A DNA stretch of 64,000 nucleotides from Octopus vulgaris (GCA_951406725.2 OX597824.1:73408001-73472000); one strand, 5' to 3'. Positions 27,944 to 41,708 are shown, counted from the first letter of the stretch. Numbers and translations: made by a program. The notes: a model not told the origin generated them from the sequence alone.

Positions 27944-27945
<2 letters not shown>
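27662..27945 (-). mobile_element. SINE family C
   Basis: Reverse copy flanked on both sides by (TA)n. Confidence 0.85.
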
Positions 27946-28445
<500 letters not shown>

Positions 28446-28827
28446 CATCTTCATGCACATACACACACATTTTATAACTGGTCCAATGGTAATTTTGAGC
28501 TCAGATTATTATCAAGTACATATATGTCCTTATCATCTCCCTCTCCCTCTCTCTCTCTCTCTCATAGTCACGGGCATGAACATATGGTTAATAAGCCTTC
28601 TAGACCATGCGGTTTCAGTTTCAGCCCTACTTAACAACACCTTGGCTGTCTTCTACAATGGTTCTGGGCCAACCACAACCCATGAGCGGATTTGGTTGAA
28701 ATGAAGTGAAAGAAGCCTGTTGTGTGCATGTGTGTGTTTATGTGTGTACGTCTGTATGTGTCTTTGCTTCAGTATCACGTGATAGTCGTAAGCAAGCTCA
28801 TCATTGTCATACAGGCGATTTCGTTTT

Positions 28828-29028
28828 CTCTTTTACTCTTTTACTTATTTCAGTCATTTGACTGCAGCCATGCTGGAGCACCGCCTTTAGTCGAGCAAAT
28901 CGACCCCGGGACTTATTCTTTGTAAGCCCAGTACTTATTCTATCAGTCTCTTTTGCCGAACCGCTAAGTGACGGGGACGTAAACACACCAGCTTTGTCAA
29001 GAAATGCTAGGGGGACAAACACAAACAA

Positions 29029-29085
<57 letters not shown>

Positions 29086-29252
29086 TACGACAGGCTTCTT
29101 TCAGTTTCCGTCTACCAAATCCACTCACAAGGCATTAGTCGGCCCGGGGCTATAGCAGAAGACACTTGCCCAAGATGCCACGCAGTGGGACTGAACCCGG
29201 AACCATGTGGTTGGTTAGCAAGCTACTTACCACACAGCCACTCCTGCACCTA
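28828..29252 (-). mobile_element. SINE family A (young, near consensus)
   Basis: Nearly identical to 41305-41708. Confidence 0.9.
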
Positions 29253-29619
29253 TTTTACATTCTCATGTAAAAAACATGTCTAGTCATGGTAAATATTACC
29301 TGGTCTGGAAACAAATAAGTGTTGGTGACAGGAAGGGCATCTGGCCGCAGAAAATCATCATTCACAAATTCCATCTGCCCATGTGTGTAAGGAAAAGTGG
29401 CTGTTAAAATGGTGATGATGATGATGGTGATGATATATTCTTTTATTCTTTATTCTTTTACTTGTTTTAGTCATTTGGGGCAGGATATGCAATGAATAGA
29501 CAAGTGTGTGTGCACATGTGTTTGTGCGTGTGTGTGTTTGTGTGGGTGTGTGTGTGTGTGTGCACATGCATGTGTGAGACTTTCAGTGATGTATATTGGC
29601 AAAGGGTATAGACATTGTT

Positions 29620-29852
29620 AAAGGCGGTTAGCTGGCAGAAATGTTAGCATGCCAGGCGAAATGCTTAGCAGTATTTCGTCTGCTGTTACGTTCTGAGTTC
29701 AAATTCCGCTGAGGTCGACTTTGCCTTTCATCCTTTCAGGGTCGATTAAATAAGTACCAGTTACATACTGAGGTTGATATAATCGACTTAATCCGTTTGT
29801 CTGTCTTTGTTTGTCCTCTCTGTATTTAGCCCCTTGTGGGCAGTAAAGAAAT
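29620..29852 (+). mobile_element. SINE family B with 16-bp TSD
   Basis: gggtatagacattgtt at 29604-29619 and 29853-29868. Confidence 0.9.
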
Positions 29853-30308
29853 GGGTATAGACATTGTTGAGCAAAATTGAAAAACTGTTGCTTTAAGAAT
29901 GACACCCCTTGAGATATTTGTTCTGCATTGAGTTACAGACACTCTCTTGTCACTCTCATTATCAGAAATACAATGAAGCCGTGCTTGGCCTGTTGGAAGC
30001 CTGTAAGAAAGGATGCCATTGTTTATGAATTGGTGATATACAGTAAATAAAGAATTGTCTCAAATTTTGGCTCAAGGCCAGCAATTTTAGTAGGAGTGGG
30101 GCGGGGGTTACTCGATTATATCAACCCCAGTACTTGACTGGTCCTTTTTTTTTTTTATTGATCCTGAAATAATGAAAAGACAAAGTTGACCTTGGCAGTG
30201 TTTGAACTTTGAACATGAAGAACTGGAAGAAATGTATTGCTAAGCGTTTTGCCTGGCAGGCTTACAGTTTTACCAGTTTGCCAGCTTAGAGTAAATAAAA
30301 CAGATAAA

Positions 30309-30890
30309 CTACCACCACCACCACCACTACTACCACCACCACCTCTACCACCACTACCACCGCTACCACCACTACCATTACAACTACTACCACTGTGACT
30401 AACTATGATCACCACCACCATCACCACCATTGTCATGAATACCACTGCTATTGCTGTTGTTGTTGTTGTTAAGCAACAAGCCGGGTAAGGGTGATTAGGT
30501 GATGGTCTAGGGCTTAGGGGCGGGGGGACCCCAGACCTTGGAAAAAAAAACTTTGGTCATCTTGTTGTAGTCGAGGGCTCTTCGTTGACGCCTGACACCA
30601 CTGGGAGGTGGCCCTCGAAGTCACTGGAAATGGAGATTTCCAGGTCCAAATTCTTGAACGGCTGCTCCTGCTGCTGCTACCACTCCTTCCACTACCACTA
30701 CTTCTCCTCTCACAACTATTACCACCACAGCAACCACTATAATTACCATCACTATCATAATTACCACCACTGCCACCACCATTGCCACCCTCACAATCAC
30801 CACCACAGTTGTCAACACTGGTATCACCATCATCATCAGTATCACCACTAACACAGACGGTCAACATGTGTGGCCACCATGTGACCACTA
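30309..30890. repeat. (ACC)/(CAT)-type low-complexity trinucleotide tract
   Basis: Direct reading. Confidence 0.85.
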
Positions 30891-31340
30891 ATCATGCTAG
30901 ACATAACAGCCACATTCCCACCTCTCTAATCACCATCGTTGAGAAGGAAAGGCTATGTTGTTCTAGATAAACCTTCCCCCTCGTAAATAAAGAGTAGGAT
31001 GGTCATGACTGGAATGCCTTTGATTATAGGTCTGCTTAATCAGAGTTGACCTAGGGTTAAACGTCAACAGAAACAACCACTACCACATCTACATTCACTG
31101 CCTCATCCATCATCCTTGTTATTGACAGCAGCAAGGCTGCTTATCTATGAGGCATCCTCTATGTATTTACTTGACTTGCAAGAGATAACAGCCATATCTC
31201 CCTGAAATCATACCCAGAAGTCCTTTAGAAAAAGATACATCGGATAATGTATCCTCGATACAATTGTATCTTAAAAAAAAACAAACAAAAATCAAATTGA
31301 AATGATCAATGCTGGAGCGCCTTTGATTGTTACACTGAAC

Positions 31341-32048
31341 AGGCATAGCTGTGTGGTCGTCTGTCGCTGACGCTTCCGCTGACGCTTCCGCTGACGCTTC
31401 CGCTGACCTTAGGCGGGCGCCGGCAACGTCAACTTGGCTATGGCTATCCCGTCCAGTATGAGAGGAACCATGGGATCAGAGCAATGGTTTGCGTGCTCGC
31501 TCGATGGAGCAGTGGTGCCAGGCTGCCTCTGAGTGATAACGGCTGAACGCCTCTAAGCTGGACCCGAGTTGTTTTCCAAAAGCATCTCAACCTCAAGAAG
31601 AAAAAAAAAAGAGAACAAAAAAGAAAAACGAAGTTTGCTTTCCAGCCACATGGTCCCAAGTTCAGTCCCACTGTGTGGCACCTGAGGATAGTGTCTTCTA
31701 CTATGGCCTTGGGCTGACCAAACAAAGCCTTGTGAATGGATTTGATAGATGGAAACTGAAAAAAGCCATTTGTATATATGTATATATCTTTGTGTGTGAG
31801 TGTCTTTATGTCTGTGTTTGTCCTCCATTCCTAATTGACAACCGGTGTTGGTGTGTTTACATCCATGTATCTTAGTGGTTTGGAAAAAAGAGATCAATAC
31901 AATAAGTGCCAGGCTTCACACAAACACACACACAAAGAGGTAAAAACATAAGTACTAGGGTCAATTTGTTTGAGTAAAATTCTTCAGGGCGGTGCCTCAG
32001 TATGGCTGCAGTCTAGTGACAGAAACAAGTGAAAGACAAAAGATAAAA
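31341..32048 (+). mobile_element. SINE family A split by an insertion at 31358-31629
   Basis: aggcatagctgtgtggt| ... |gaagtttgctttccagccacatgg. Confidence 0.8.
31358..31629 (+). pseudogene. Retroposed 28S rRNA 3'-region fragment (sarcin-ricin loop region) with A-rich tail
   Basis: cagtatgagaggaacc (SRL consensus AGUACGAGAGGAACC, one C>T) and ctgaacgcctctaag at the expected spacing; A-rich tail 31595-31628. Confidence 0.8.
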
Positions 32049-32665
32049 AGATCTGGGGCTAAACAGCATATAGAACTGCCATCACCACCATTACCATCAC
32101 CACCATTAGTTACCACCATTACTGGCATCACCATCACCACTACGACTATCAAAAAAAAAAAAATTGTTACTCCTACCACCAGTGTCATTATCACCACTAC
32201 CACTACAAAATAAACCCACTTCTACCACCATCTCTGCTTCCATCACTTCTACCATCACTCCACCATTACAAAATATCTTCATTACCACCACCTCCACCAC
32301 CACAAAATATATCCACTAACTCCATCACCACCACCACCACCATCATGGACACTTCTACTGTTTACCCTGTTATTACTATAACCATATTCTACATATTTAA
32401 GCTACCTATATCATTCCAACCATTCTTGTCCAGTTTCAGAGTAGTTCACAGACTTCTCTCTTCTCCCCATTTGCTTTTCAACTAGAATTCTCTATTTAAC
32501 CCTTTCCCCAAGAAAAATATTTTGGGACTTCTTTTTTTTTTTCTTCTTTTCTTTTTCTGATTTTTTCCCTTGGTATCTCAGACATCCTCATTCTTTCTGT
32601 CTGCCTGCCTAACTGCCTGTTTGTCTGTCTTTGACTGTCTGTTCCTCTCACTCTCTCTCTTTATA

Positions 32666-32887
32666 CAAGTGGGTACTGAAAAGTTCCAGGCTTCCGGTAA
32701 AAAGAAAATACAGAAGGATCATTTAATTATGATTTTATTCAACATATTCCCTTTTGAAATTCGCACACTTATTGCTGCAGCCCTTCAGTTTTTCTAAGCC
32801 CTGTAAAAAAAACCTCAGAAAGTTGGGTTTCCAACCAGGCCTTTCACAGTACCCTGAAAGCCAGGAACTTTTCAGCAACCCCGTGTG
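32666..32887. mobile_element. Mariner-like MITE
   Basis: TIRs gggtactgaaaagttccaggctt / aagccaggaacttttcagcaaccc, TA flanks; second copy at 39636-39853. Confidence 0.7.
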
Positions 32888-32917
32888 TATGTTTATAACT
32901 CGCTGAGAAGGTTTAGA

Positions 32918-32969
32918 AACCACCCGAAGAATGTCTAAGATGTGCTGACACGAAACGATCGTAGTGGTT
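32918..32969 (+). ncRNA. Minimal type-I hammerhead ribozyme motif (CCGAAGA core variant)
   Basis: aaccac-CCGAAGA-a-tgtc..gaca-c-GAAAC-gatc-GTA-gtggtt: 6-bp helix I, palindromic helix III ACGATCGT. Confidence 0.7.
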
Positions 32970-33155
32970 ATTCATTTGTTAAATTTTAATTATATAAATT
33001 TTTTATGTATTGGCTTAAGTCTTTCTTTGTCTGATTTGCATAATAGTGGTTTTGTCTCTAATTTATTATAATATAATATTTTATTATAAAATTGGATTCA
33101 ATCTTAAATCTGATTTTTCCTTGTAAATTTGGATTTATTCCCTAATATTTATTAT

Positions 33156-33203
<48 letters not shown>

Positions 33204-33228
33204 ATATGTATATATGTATATATATGTG

Positions 33229-33532
33229 TGGAGGCGCAATGGCCCAGTGGTTAGGGCAGCGGACTCGCGGTTGTAGGATCGCAGTTTCTTTTTCCCAGAC
33301 CAGATGTTGTGAGTGTTTATTTAGCGAAAACACCTAAAGCTCCACGAACCTCCGGCAGGGGGTAGTGGTGATCCCTGCTCTACTCTTTTGCCACAGCTTT
33401 CTTTCACTATTTCTTGTGTTGGCCTGCTCACTTAGCCAGCGGAGTGGCGTCATTTGAAGGCTAAAACAATGTGAAGCGCATTGTGACCAGCGATGTGTAG
33501 CAACATCTGATAGCCTGGTTGGTCACGGTCAT
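33229..33532 (+). mobile_element. SINE family C
   Basis: Full copy between (TA)n tracts. Confidence 0.85.
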
Positions 33533-33598
33533 GGATATATATATATATATGGTTTGCAAGATTCTTTATGTGAATTCATGTGTATTCAAGCATATTTT

Positions 33599-33876
33599 AT
33601 TGTGTCTGGAGAGAGTCATTCTCTTTTAGTTCCTTATTAAATTAACACGCTCACCAGTCTGATTTTCACTCATTTACTTATATATTTTAACTAAAATTTT
33701 TGTTGCATCTTGCAACCTTTACAATAGTCATTGACTCTGTCCATTCAATGACTGTTGAAAAGGTTGCAAGATGCAACAAAAATTTTAGTAAAAAGAAATA
33801 AATGAGTAGAAATCAGACCTTTGAGTGTGTTAAATTAATAAGGCACTAAAAGAGAATGACTCTCCCCAGATACAAT
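33599..33876. repeat. Imperfect long inverted repeat (~135-bp arms)
   Basis: attgtgtctggagagagtcattctc...gagaatgactctccccagatacaat. Confidence 0.85.
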
Positions 33877-34711
33877 TATATATATATATATATATATTCA
33901 TAGGTGCAGGCATAGCTGTGTGCTTTAGAAGCTTGCTTTACAACCATGTGATTTGGAGTTCAGTTCCACTTCACATCACCTTGGGCAAGAGTTTTATACT
34001 ATAGTGTTGGGCCAACCAAAGACTTGTGAGTGTATATTTGTTCGTACACACACACATGCACACAAACATATCACCATCATCATCATCATATGTCTATTTT
34101 CTAAGCTGGTATGGGTTGGATGATACAACAAGATCTAACAGGTCAGAAGACTACACCAAGCTCTACTCTCTGCTTTGGCATGATTTCTGTGGCTGGAGGC
34201 CCTTCCTAATGTCACCCACTTTACAGAGTGCACAGGGTGCTTTTAATATGGCATCAGCAGTGCTGAGGTTACCAAGTACCTTTCAAAACAATGTGGATCA
34301 ATGGATCAATGTGGACTAACACACATTAGCCCTGGTCCAGATATTGTTGGTTTAACTGCTAAAGGATGAAATAAATGACTTGATTTCTTGTAGCTGTAGA
34401 GATGTGCAAAAATACACACAAACATGCATGCACATGTGCACTCTCACACACTGTTGTTCCCGTCATAATACCATGCATGCACGTACACCATATCACTTTG
34501 TTTCACTAAGCACATCACCACATCACACCACACACATGTGAACACACAATATTTTTCACATGTCTCACAGTTGTATAAACATTGACAATACACATTCACT
34601 CACACGCATACAAATCACAATAATTGTTTCAACGCATCATTATTCACTAGTCATTGGTGCTTGTTACATATATTATGCATATTATTGCATTAATATAATC
34701 CAACAACATGT

Positions 34712-36085
34712 ATAGTCCCTGTACATGGCTTGCACAGCTCTCACTAACCATTCATCTATCCCTAGTTTCCTCACTGACCACCAGATAAGGGATCGGGGGA
34801 CCCTGTCAAAGGCTTTCTCCGTGTCAATGAAAGCCAGGTACAGAGATTTATCTTTGGCTAGGTATTTCTCCTGCAGCTGTCTTACCAGAAATATAGCATC
34901 AGTGGTGCTTTTCTCTGGCATGAACCCAAACTGCATCTCGTCTAAACTGATCCTGTCCCTTATTAGTTGGTTTATGACCCTCTCCGTGACCTTCATTACC
35001 TGATCCAACAACTTGATACTTCTGTAATTATTTGTATCTAAAGTGTCACTTTTACCTTTGTAGCAGTTGACTATTATGCTGCTACACCAGTCATTTGGTA
35101 TGACTCCTTCGTGTATCACCTGGTTAACTATATGGGTGACTTGGCTATAGCCGACACTGCCAGATATTTTGAGAATCTCTGCAGTGATTCTTGATGGGCC
35201 AGGGGCTTTCCCTGTCTTCATACTTTTAATTGCTTTATCTACCAAGGTACTGTCAACTTGGATAGCTGGTCCCTCTGTTGGGTCGACATTCAGCAGACTC
35301 TCTTTCTCCTGTTCATTTTCTTTATTGAGCAACCTTTCATAGTGGCATCTACAAACCTCTCTCTTTGCAACCTTGTTTAGTGCAAGAGAACCATCGTCCA
35401 TGCAGACACATTTCTCTCCTACAACATCACGATTCTCTCTCACACATTGTCTTGCAACACAAAACACCTCAAGTCTTTGGTCCTCATGGCGCAGAATATT
35501 GGCAAATTTTTTCTTATCTGCTTCCCCTCTGGCTAAATAAACCTGTCTCCTAGCTTCCCTTCTGGCAGTCTGATACAAATCCCTGCTACCACCGTTCTTC
35601 CAGTCCTTCCAAGCCTGTTTCTTTTGTCTAATAGCCCTGTCAACAACATTGTTCCACCACCATGTTATTTTGGGTCGGGAGGGGACTTTGCACAATCCAC
35701 AGATTTGGTCAGTGGTCCTCAGCAGGTTTTCCCGTAGAAACCTCCAGTTGTCTCCTACATCGTGCAAGCTATATCCCCTTCTATTTCGTCAAAGGCTTCA
35801 AGTAATATGTCTCTTAATCTCTGTCCATTCACATCTTTAAGCTTCCAGGCCCTTCTCCTCCATGCTGGTTGCCTTCTGGGCATCTACTTAGCCCTGATCA
35901 GGAAGTCACTAACTACCAGTCTATGTTGTGGGGTACATTCTTCATCTGGAAAGGTTTTGGTATTTATAAGCAGCCATCTTTCCCTTTTTCTGGTGAGGAT
36001 GTAGTCAATTTGGCTAGTGTGTTTGCCAGAACGATAGGTGACTAGGTGACTGGCAGGTTTCCTAAAGTTAGTATTGCAAACCATA
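34712..36085 (-). mobile_element. RTE-clade LINE ORF2 internal fragment (APE C-terminus plus RT N-half), disrupted
   Basis: SQIDYIL/QHRLVV (APE end); WWWNN, KAPGP, NYRSIKLL, QFGFMP..STTDAIF, LAFID.EKAFDRVPR in ORF 34682-35767; no YADD and no 3' end. Confidence 0.9.
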
Positions 36086-36643
36086 AATGTCTACTGTAAA
36101 ACTAAATGTCAGTCTGTTTCTACATTCATTGTAAATCTATTTCAACACTAGCACCCCTGACAGTAATATTCGCTGGGAACGCACAAAGGCCCTTTTCAGA
36201 GTTATTTACTTTGAATTGTTATTATCTCATATTAGATTAGCCTGTTATTACGTAACATGCTTCACGATTTTAGTATACATACCTTATTGGTATTTCCTCC
36301 TATGTTCTACATACTCTGAAAATGTATTAAAGCCCTTTTCAGGGTTACTTTATTTGAATTCTTACTATCGGGTAACTAATTTCATGTTATTACATAACTG
36401 ACTTCACATTTTGGATATTCATAACTTATTGGGAATTCCTAAAAACAGAATCCTGTGTAAGACAGTTCGGTATTCTCTGTAACTGCACAAAAACCATTTT
36501 AAGGGCTACATACTTTGTATTGTTGTTATTGGATTAGCGAAACAATTATGAGAACAGAACCAAGGGATAAGCCCCACTTTCCCGGGAAATATCGGGTATG
36601 TCAGCTAGTATATGAATATATATATACACACACACACACACAC

Positions 36644-36675
<32 letters not shown>

Positions 36676-36934
36676 ATATGTATATGTGTATGTATGTATA
36701 TATGTATATGTGTATGTATATATGTATGTATATGTGTATATGTATATGAATATATATATATATATGTATATGAATATATATATATGTATATGAATATATA
36801 TATGTATATGAATATATATATACTTTATTTAAAGCAGCAGAAAATTCAACAAAACCTGTTACTCTGAGTTTCACGTTCCCGTTTGTCGGACATTTATGTG
36901 TTTACTCCGGTGAATATATATGTATATTAATATA

Positions 36935-37325
36935 TCATCATCATCATCATCATCGTTTAACGTCTGTTTTCCATGCTAGCATGGGTTGGACGGTTCGACC
37001 GGGGATCTGGGAAGCCAGAAGGCTGCACCAGGCTCCAGTCTTATCTGGCAATGTTTCTACAGCTGGATGCCCTTCCTAACGCCAACCACTCCGTGAGTGT
37101 AGTGGGTGCTTTTTACGTGCCACCTGCACAGGTGCCAGGCGAGGCTGGCAACGGCCACGGTCGGATTGGTGTATTTTATGTGCCACCGGCACGGAAGCCA
37201 GTCGAGGCAGTACTGGCATCGGCCACGAGTCGGATAGTGCTTTTTACGTACCACCAGACCAGGGATCCTGGCTGGTTCAATTTGATTTCGATTTCGCTTG
37301 CCCCAACATGTCTTCGCAAGCAAAG
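36935..37325 (-). mobile_element. RTE-type 3'-end repeat
   Basis: (CAT)n tail plus tandem gcttttta(c/t)gtgccacc units. Confidence 0.75.
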
Positions 37326-37334
37326 GGGGTTGGC

Positions 37335-37376
37335 ATATGAATATATATATGTATATGAATATATATATGTATATGA

Positions 37377-37410
<34 letters not shown>

Positions 37411-37413
37411 ATG

Positions 37414-37446
<33 letters not shown>

Positions 37447-37449
37447 ATG

Positions 37450-37483
<34 letters not shown>

Positions 37484-37484
37484 A

Positions 37485-37523
<39 letters not shown>

Positions 37524-37524
37524 A

Positions 37525-37563
<39 letters not shown>

Positions 37564-37564
37564 A

Positions 37565-37603
<39 letters not shown>

Positions 37604-37610
37604 GTATATG

Positions 37611-37674
<64 letters not shown>

Positions 37675-37677
37675 GAA

Positions 37678-37708
<31 letters not shown>

Positions 37709-37709
37709 G

Positions 37710-37742
<33 letters not shown>

Positions 37743-37745
37743 ATG

Positions 37746-37781
<36 letters not shown>

Positions 37782-37784
37782 ATG

Positions 37785-37818
<34 letters not shown>

Positions 37819-37821
37819 ATG

Positions 37822-37854
<33 letters not shown>

Positions 37855-37859
37855 ATGAA

Positions 37860-37922
<63 letters not shown>

Positions 37923-37985
37923 GAATATATATATATATATATATGTATGTATATGAATATATATATATATATATATGTATGTATA

Positions 37986-38023
<38 letters not shown>

Positions 38024-38071
38024 GTATATGAATATATATATGTATATGAATATATATATATATATATTATA

Positions 38072-38107
<36 letters not shown>

Positions 38108-38151
38108 TATATATATATATATATATATTATATAATATATATATATATATG

Positions 38152-38191
<40 letters not shown>

Positions 38192-38220
38192 ATGAATATA
38201 TATATGTATGAATATATATA
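37335..38220. repeat. Compound (TA)n/gtatgtatatgaa satellite
   Basis: Direct reading. Confidence 0.95.
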
Positions 38221-38504
38221 GTTACAAATTGAGATAGGGGTTGTAAATGCAACCCACCATGGGATACCATATATCCAATATACTGCTAGTGAGGTACCCA
38301 ACAAAGTTATTACATAAATGTTAAGAATTGCGATACAATTAATTCATTTATTGTATTATATGGGCAAAGGTAAAATGTTTTACCACAAATTCATAATACA
38401 AAATAAGAAAATGGAGAAATACATCGAAATCATTTGATTTCAATGTATTTCTCCATTTTCTTATTTTGTATATGAATATATATATATGTATATGAATATG
38501 TATA

Positions 38505-38539
<35 letters not shown>

Positions 38540-39212
38540 GGGTTAATATTGTATATGACTTGATGTTTGCCTTGCCTTACTGTTTGTTGTCCTCATTAAC
38601 AATGATAGATAGATACAAATATATGCACACACACACACATACATATATTTATATACATGTATATATATTCAATCATCATCATCATCATTTGATGATGATG
38701 ATGATTGTATATGAATATGTGTGTGTATGTGCATATATTTGTATCTATCTGCCTGTCTGTCTGCCTATCATTGTTAATGAGGACAACAAGCAGTAAGGCA
38801 AGGCAAACAAGTCCTATATAATATTCCCCCGCCCCCATACATTCCATCTATCTATCTACACACACACACAGACGCACACAGTAACAGGCGGGGCATTCAG
38901 CTATTGAAACCAATTGCTGAAGCATTCAAGCAAGGTGTGGTCCTATGAAGGCAGTAAACTCTGAGTGCAATAACGCAGCCAACCCATGCCAACACAGAAA
39001 GTAAGATGTTAAACGATGATGATGATGATGGTGGTAGTGCATTCATATTTTGTAAGAAGCTGATGATTCATTGCTTTACCACCCTTTTCTACTTTTGATT
39101 GTTCAGGTGGTAAAAAGAGTAACCATTATGTCCGTTACTGAGTACTCCTTTGTTCGTACCTTCTGAGGTAGAAGTATATGTAAGTACACACCCATGTACT
39201 TACATAATAGGT

Positions 39213-39610
39213 GCAGGCGTGGCTGTGTAGTAAAAAAGGCTGTTTCCTAGCCTCATGATTCGTGGTTCAGTTCTAATGTGTGGCACCTTGGGCAAGTGTC
39301 TTCTACCATAGCTTCAGACCGACCAAAGCCTTGTGAGGGGGATTTAGTAGACAGAAACTGAAAGCAGCCCAGTGTATGTGTGTGTCTGTGTTTGTGTCTG
39401 TGCCTGTCCTCCCACCAGCACTTGACAACCGGTGTTGGTGTGTTTACGTCCCCGTAGCTGAGCGGTTCGGCGTTAGAGTCCAGTAGAATAAGTACCAGGC
39501 TTAACAAAATTAAGTATTGGGGTCTATTCATTTGACAAAAAGATTTTTCAAGGTGGCACCCTAGCGTGGCCGCAGTCCAATAACTGAAACGAGTTAATGA
39601 TAAAAGGTAA
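39213..39610 (+). mobile_element. SINE family A (older variant)
   Basis: Homology to the family A consensus. Confidence 0.75.
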
Positions 39611-39996
39611 AAGAGATCTACATATGTATACAATACACGATGGGGTGCTGAAAAGGTCCTGGCCTTGGGCTAAAAAAAATACAGGACGATCGGTTAATTA
39701 TGATTTTATGCAACATATTCCTCTCTCAGATTCATACGCTTATTGCAGTGGCCCTTCTTTTCCCCTAAGCTCTGTAAAAGAACACGGAAGGTTGCACCTC
39801 CAACCAGTCCTTTTGCGACACCCTTAAGGCCAGGAACTTTTCAGTAACCCTTCATATATTATTATATACACACATACTTACATACAGTTGCACACATACG
39901 TACATTAGTTGCTATTCATATATAGCACATATGAAACTTAACGGCTGTTAAATTTACTAAGATATTTATAATGCTATATTTATATATATATATATA

Positions 39997-40397
39997 CTAG
40001 CAGTATCGCCCGGCGTTGCTCGGGTTTGTAAGGGAAATAACTATATAAGCATTTTTAGAGAGTTACTTCCCATATATAATAGCAAAAAATGCACTAAAAA
40101 TGGAAAAAAAATGATGGTAAATTTTTTTTTAAATCGTTGACTCATCGTAGACATTTTTAGAGGGTTACTTCCCTTATATAATAGCGAAAAAATGCATTAA
40201 AATGGGAAAAAATGATGGTAATTTTTTTTAAATCGTAGACTCATCGTAGACGCGCGCTAATACCCAGAAGGGCTCGATATGAATCACGACTATAAGATAC
40301 CCGCTTTTGGTTAAACTGCACCGCAAAATGTGGGAGTAGTTAGGAATCTAAATTGTAGGAGACAGACACCACACAACTTCAGTTTTATATATATAGA
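39997..40397 (-). mobile_element. Non-autonomous Helitron, family H1
   Basis: Near-identical to 11502-11898; TC...CTAG termini. Confidence 0.8.
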
Positions 40398-41304
40398 TAT
40401 CTAGTGATTGGAAATAATTCGTAGAACTATTTTCAATCTAGTAAAATTGATTTTTCATACTTACTATTATAATTTAGCTTCTGGTTTCCTTTTGTATAAA
40501 AAAAAGAAAAGAAAAAAAAACGTCTTGCCTTTGTGCCCCACATCACAGACTTTTAATATGTAAATTTGAGGTGTGGTGGAACTTTCTTCACTTCATAAAG
40601 TCCTATGAAACCACCCCGCTTGAAACCACCTCTGGTTCTATGCTACAAATTTCCCGAGCATTTAGCATTCAGATTACTCCGTCAAATGTAATTCATATTT
40701 ATCGACATTGTTTTCATTTAATCATGCATTTACCTTATATACTCGTGTATAGGTAGCGCCCTTAGTTTGGGGTTGTGGAAGTAGAGATTTGCTGTTGACT
40801 CGCAGATAGGGTGCATTATAATCTGGGGAGTTACACGGCTCTTATTCAACATAAATATAACCAGTATTTGTTAAATATTTTCAAATATTCTCCTTCTTTT
40901 CAAAACTTTACTTACAAATATTAAAACATTTTAGTGGAAGTGACTTTATGAAAGTAGTCTAATTGATAATTCAACTTGACAAAAAAAAATCGATAAGTAT
41001 CAACTTGACAAGAAAAAAACGTCTAGAATAACTAACAGAAGAGAAAAATTGTTACATAAGAAAAGTGTTTATTGATTTAGATATAGTTATTGAAACCCCA
41101 AAATTATTGTTCGCCATCATCACTGTCAAACATTCGTTTTACTTCTCCATCGGTTACTGTGTAGTTATCAGTGACCGTGTCACTGATACGCCGCCGTCTA
41201 CTTCAGATCCCTGTGATATCGAGTGGATAGATTGTATCCTTGATTTTTAACGAAATTTTTGGTCAAAAAAGTGCGACTTATCTGCGACTATATACGTATA
41301 CTAT

Positions 41305-41708
41305 TTTACTCTTTACTCTTTTACTTGTTTCAGTCATTTGACTGCAGCCATGCTGGAGCACCGCCTTTAGTCGAGCAAATCGACCCCGGGACTTATTCTT
41401 TGTATGCCCAGTACTTATTCTATCGGCCTCTTTTGCCGAACCGCTAAGTGACGGAGACGTAAACACACCATCATCGGTTGTCAAGCAATGCTAGAGTGAC
41501 AAACACAGACACACAAACATACAAATATATATATATATATATACATATATACGACAGGCTTCTTTCAGTTTCCGTCTACCAAATCCACTCACAAGGCTTT
41601 GGTCGGCCCGAGGCTATAGCAGAAGACACTTGCCCAAGATGCCACGCAGTGGGACTGAACCCAGAACCATGTGGCTGGTTAGCAAGCTACTTACCACACA
41701 GCCACTCA
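41305..41708 (-). mobile_element. SINE family A
   Basis: Full reverse copy. Confidence 0.9.

Noticed and set aside
31358-31629. Functional rRNA gene / rDNA unit
   Set aside because: Only ~200 bp, SRL mutated, A-tailed and nested in a SINE.
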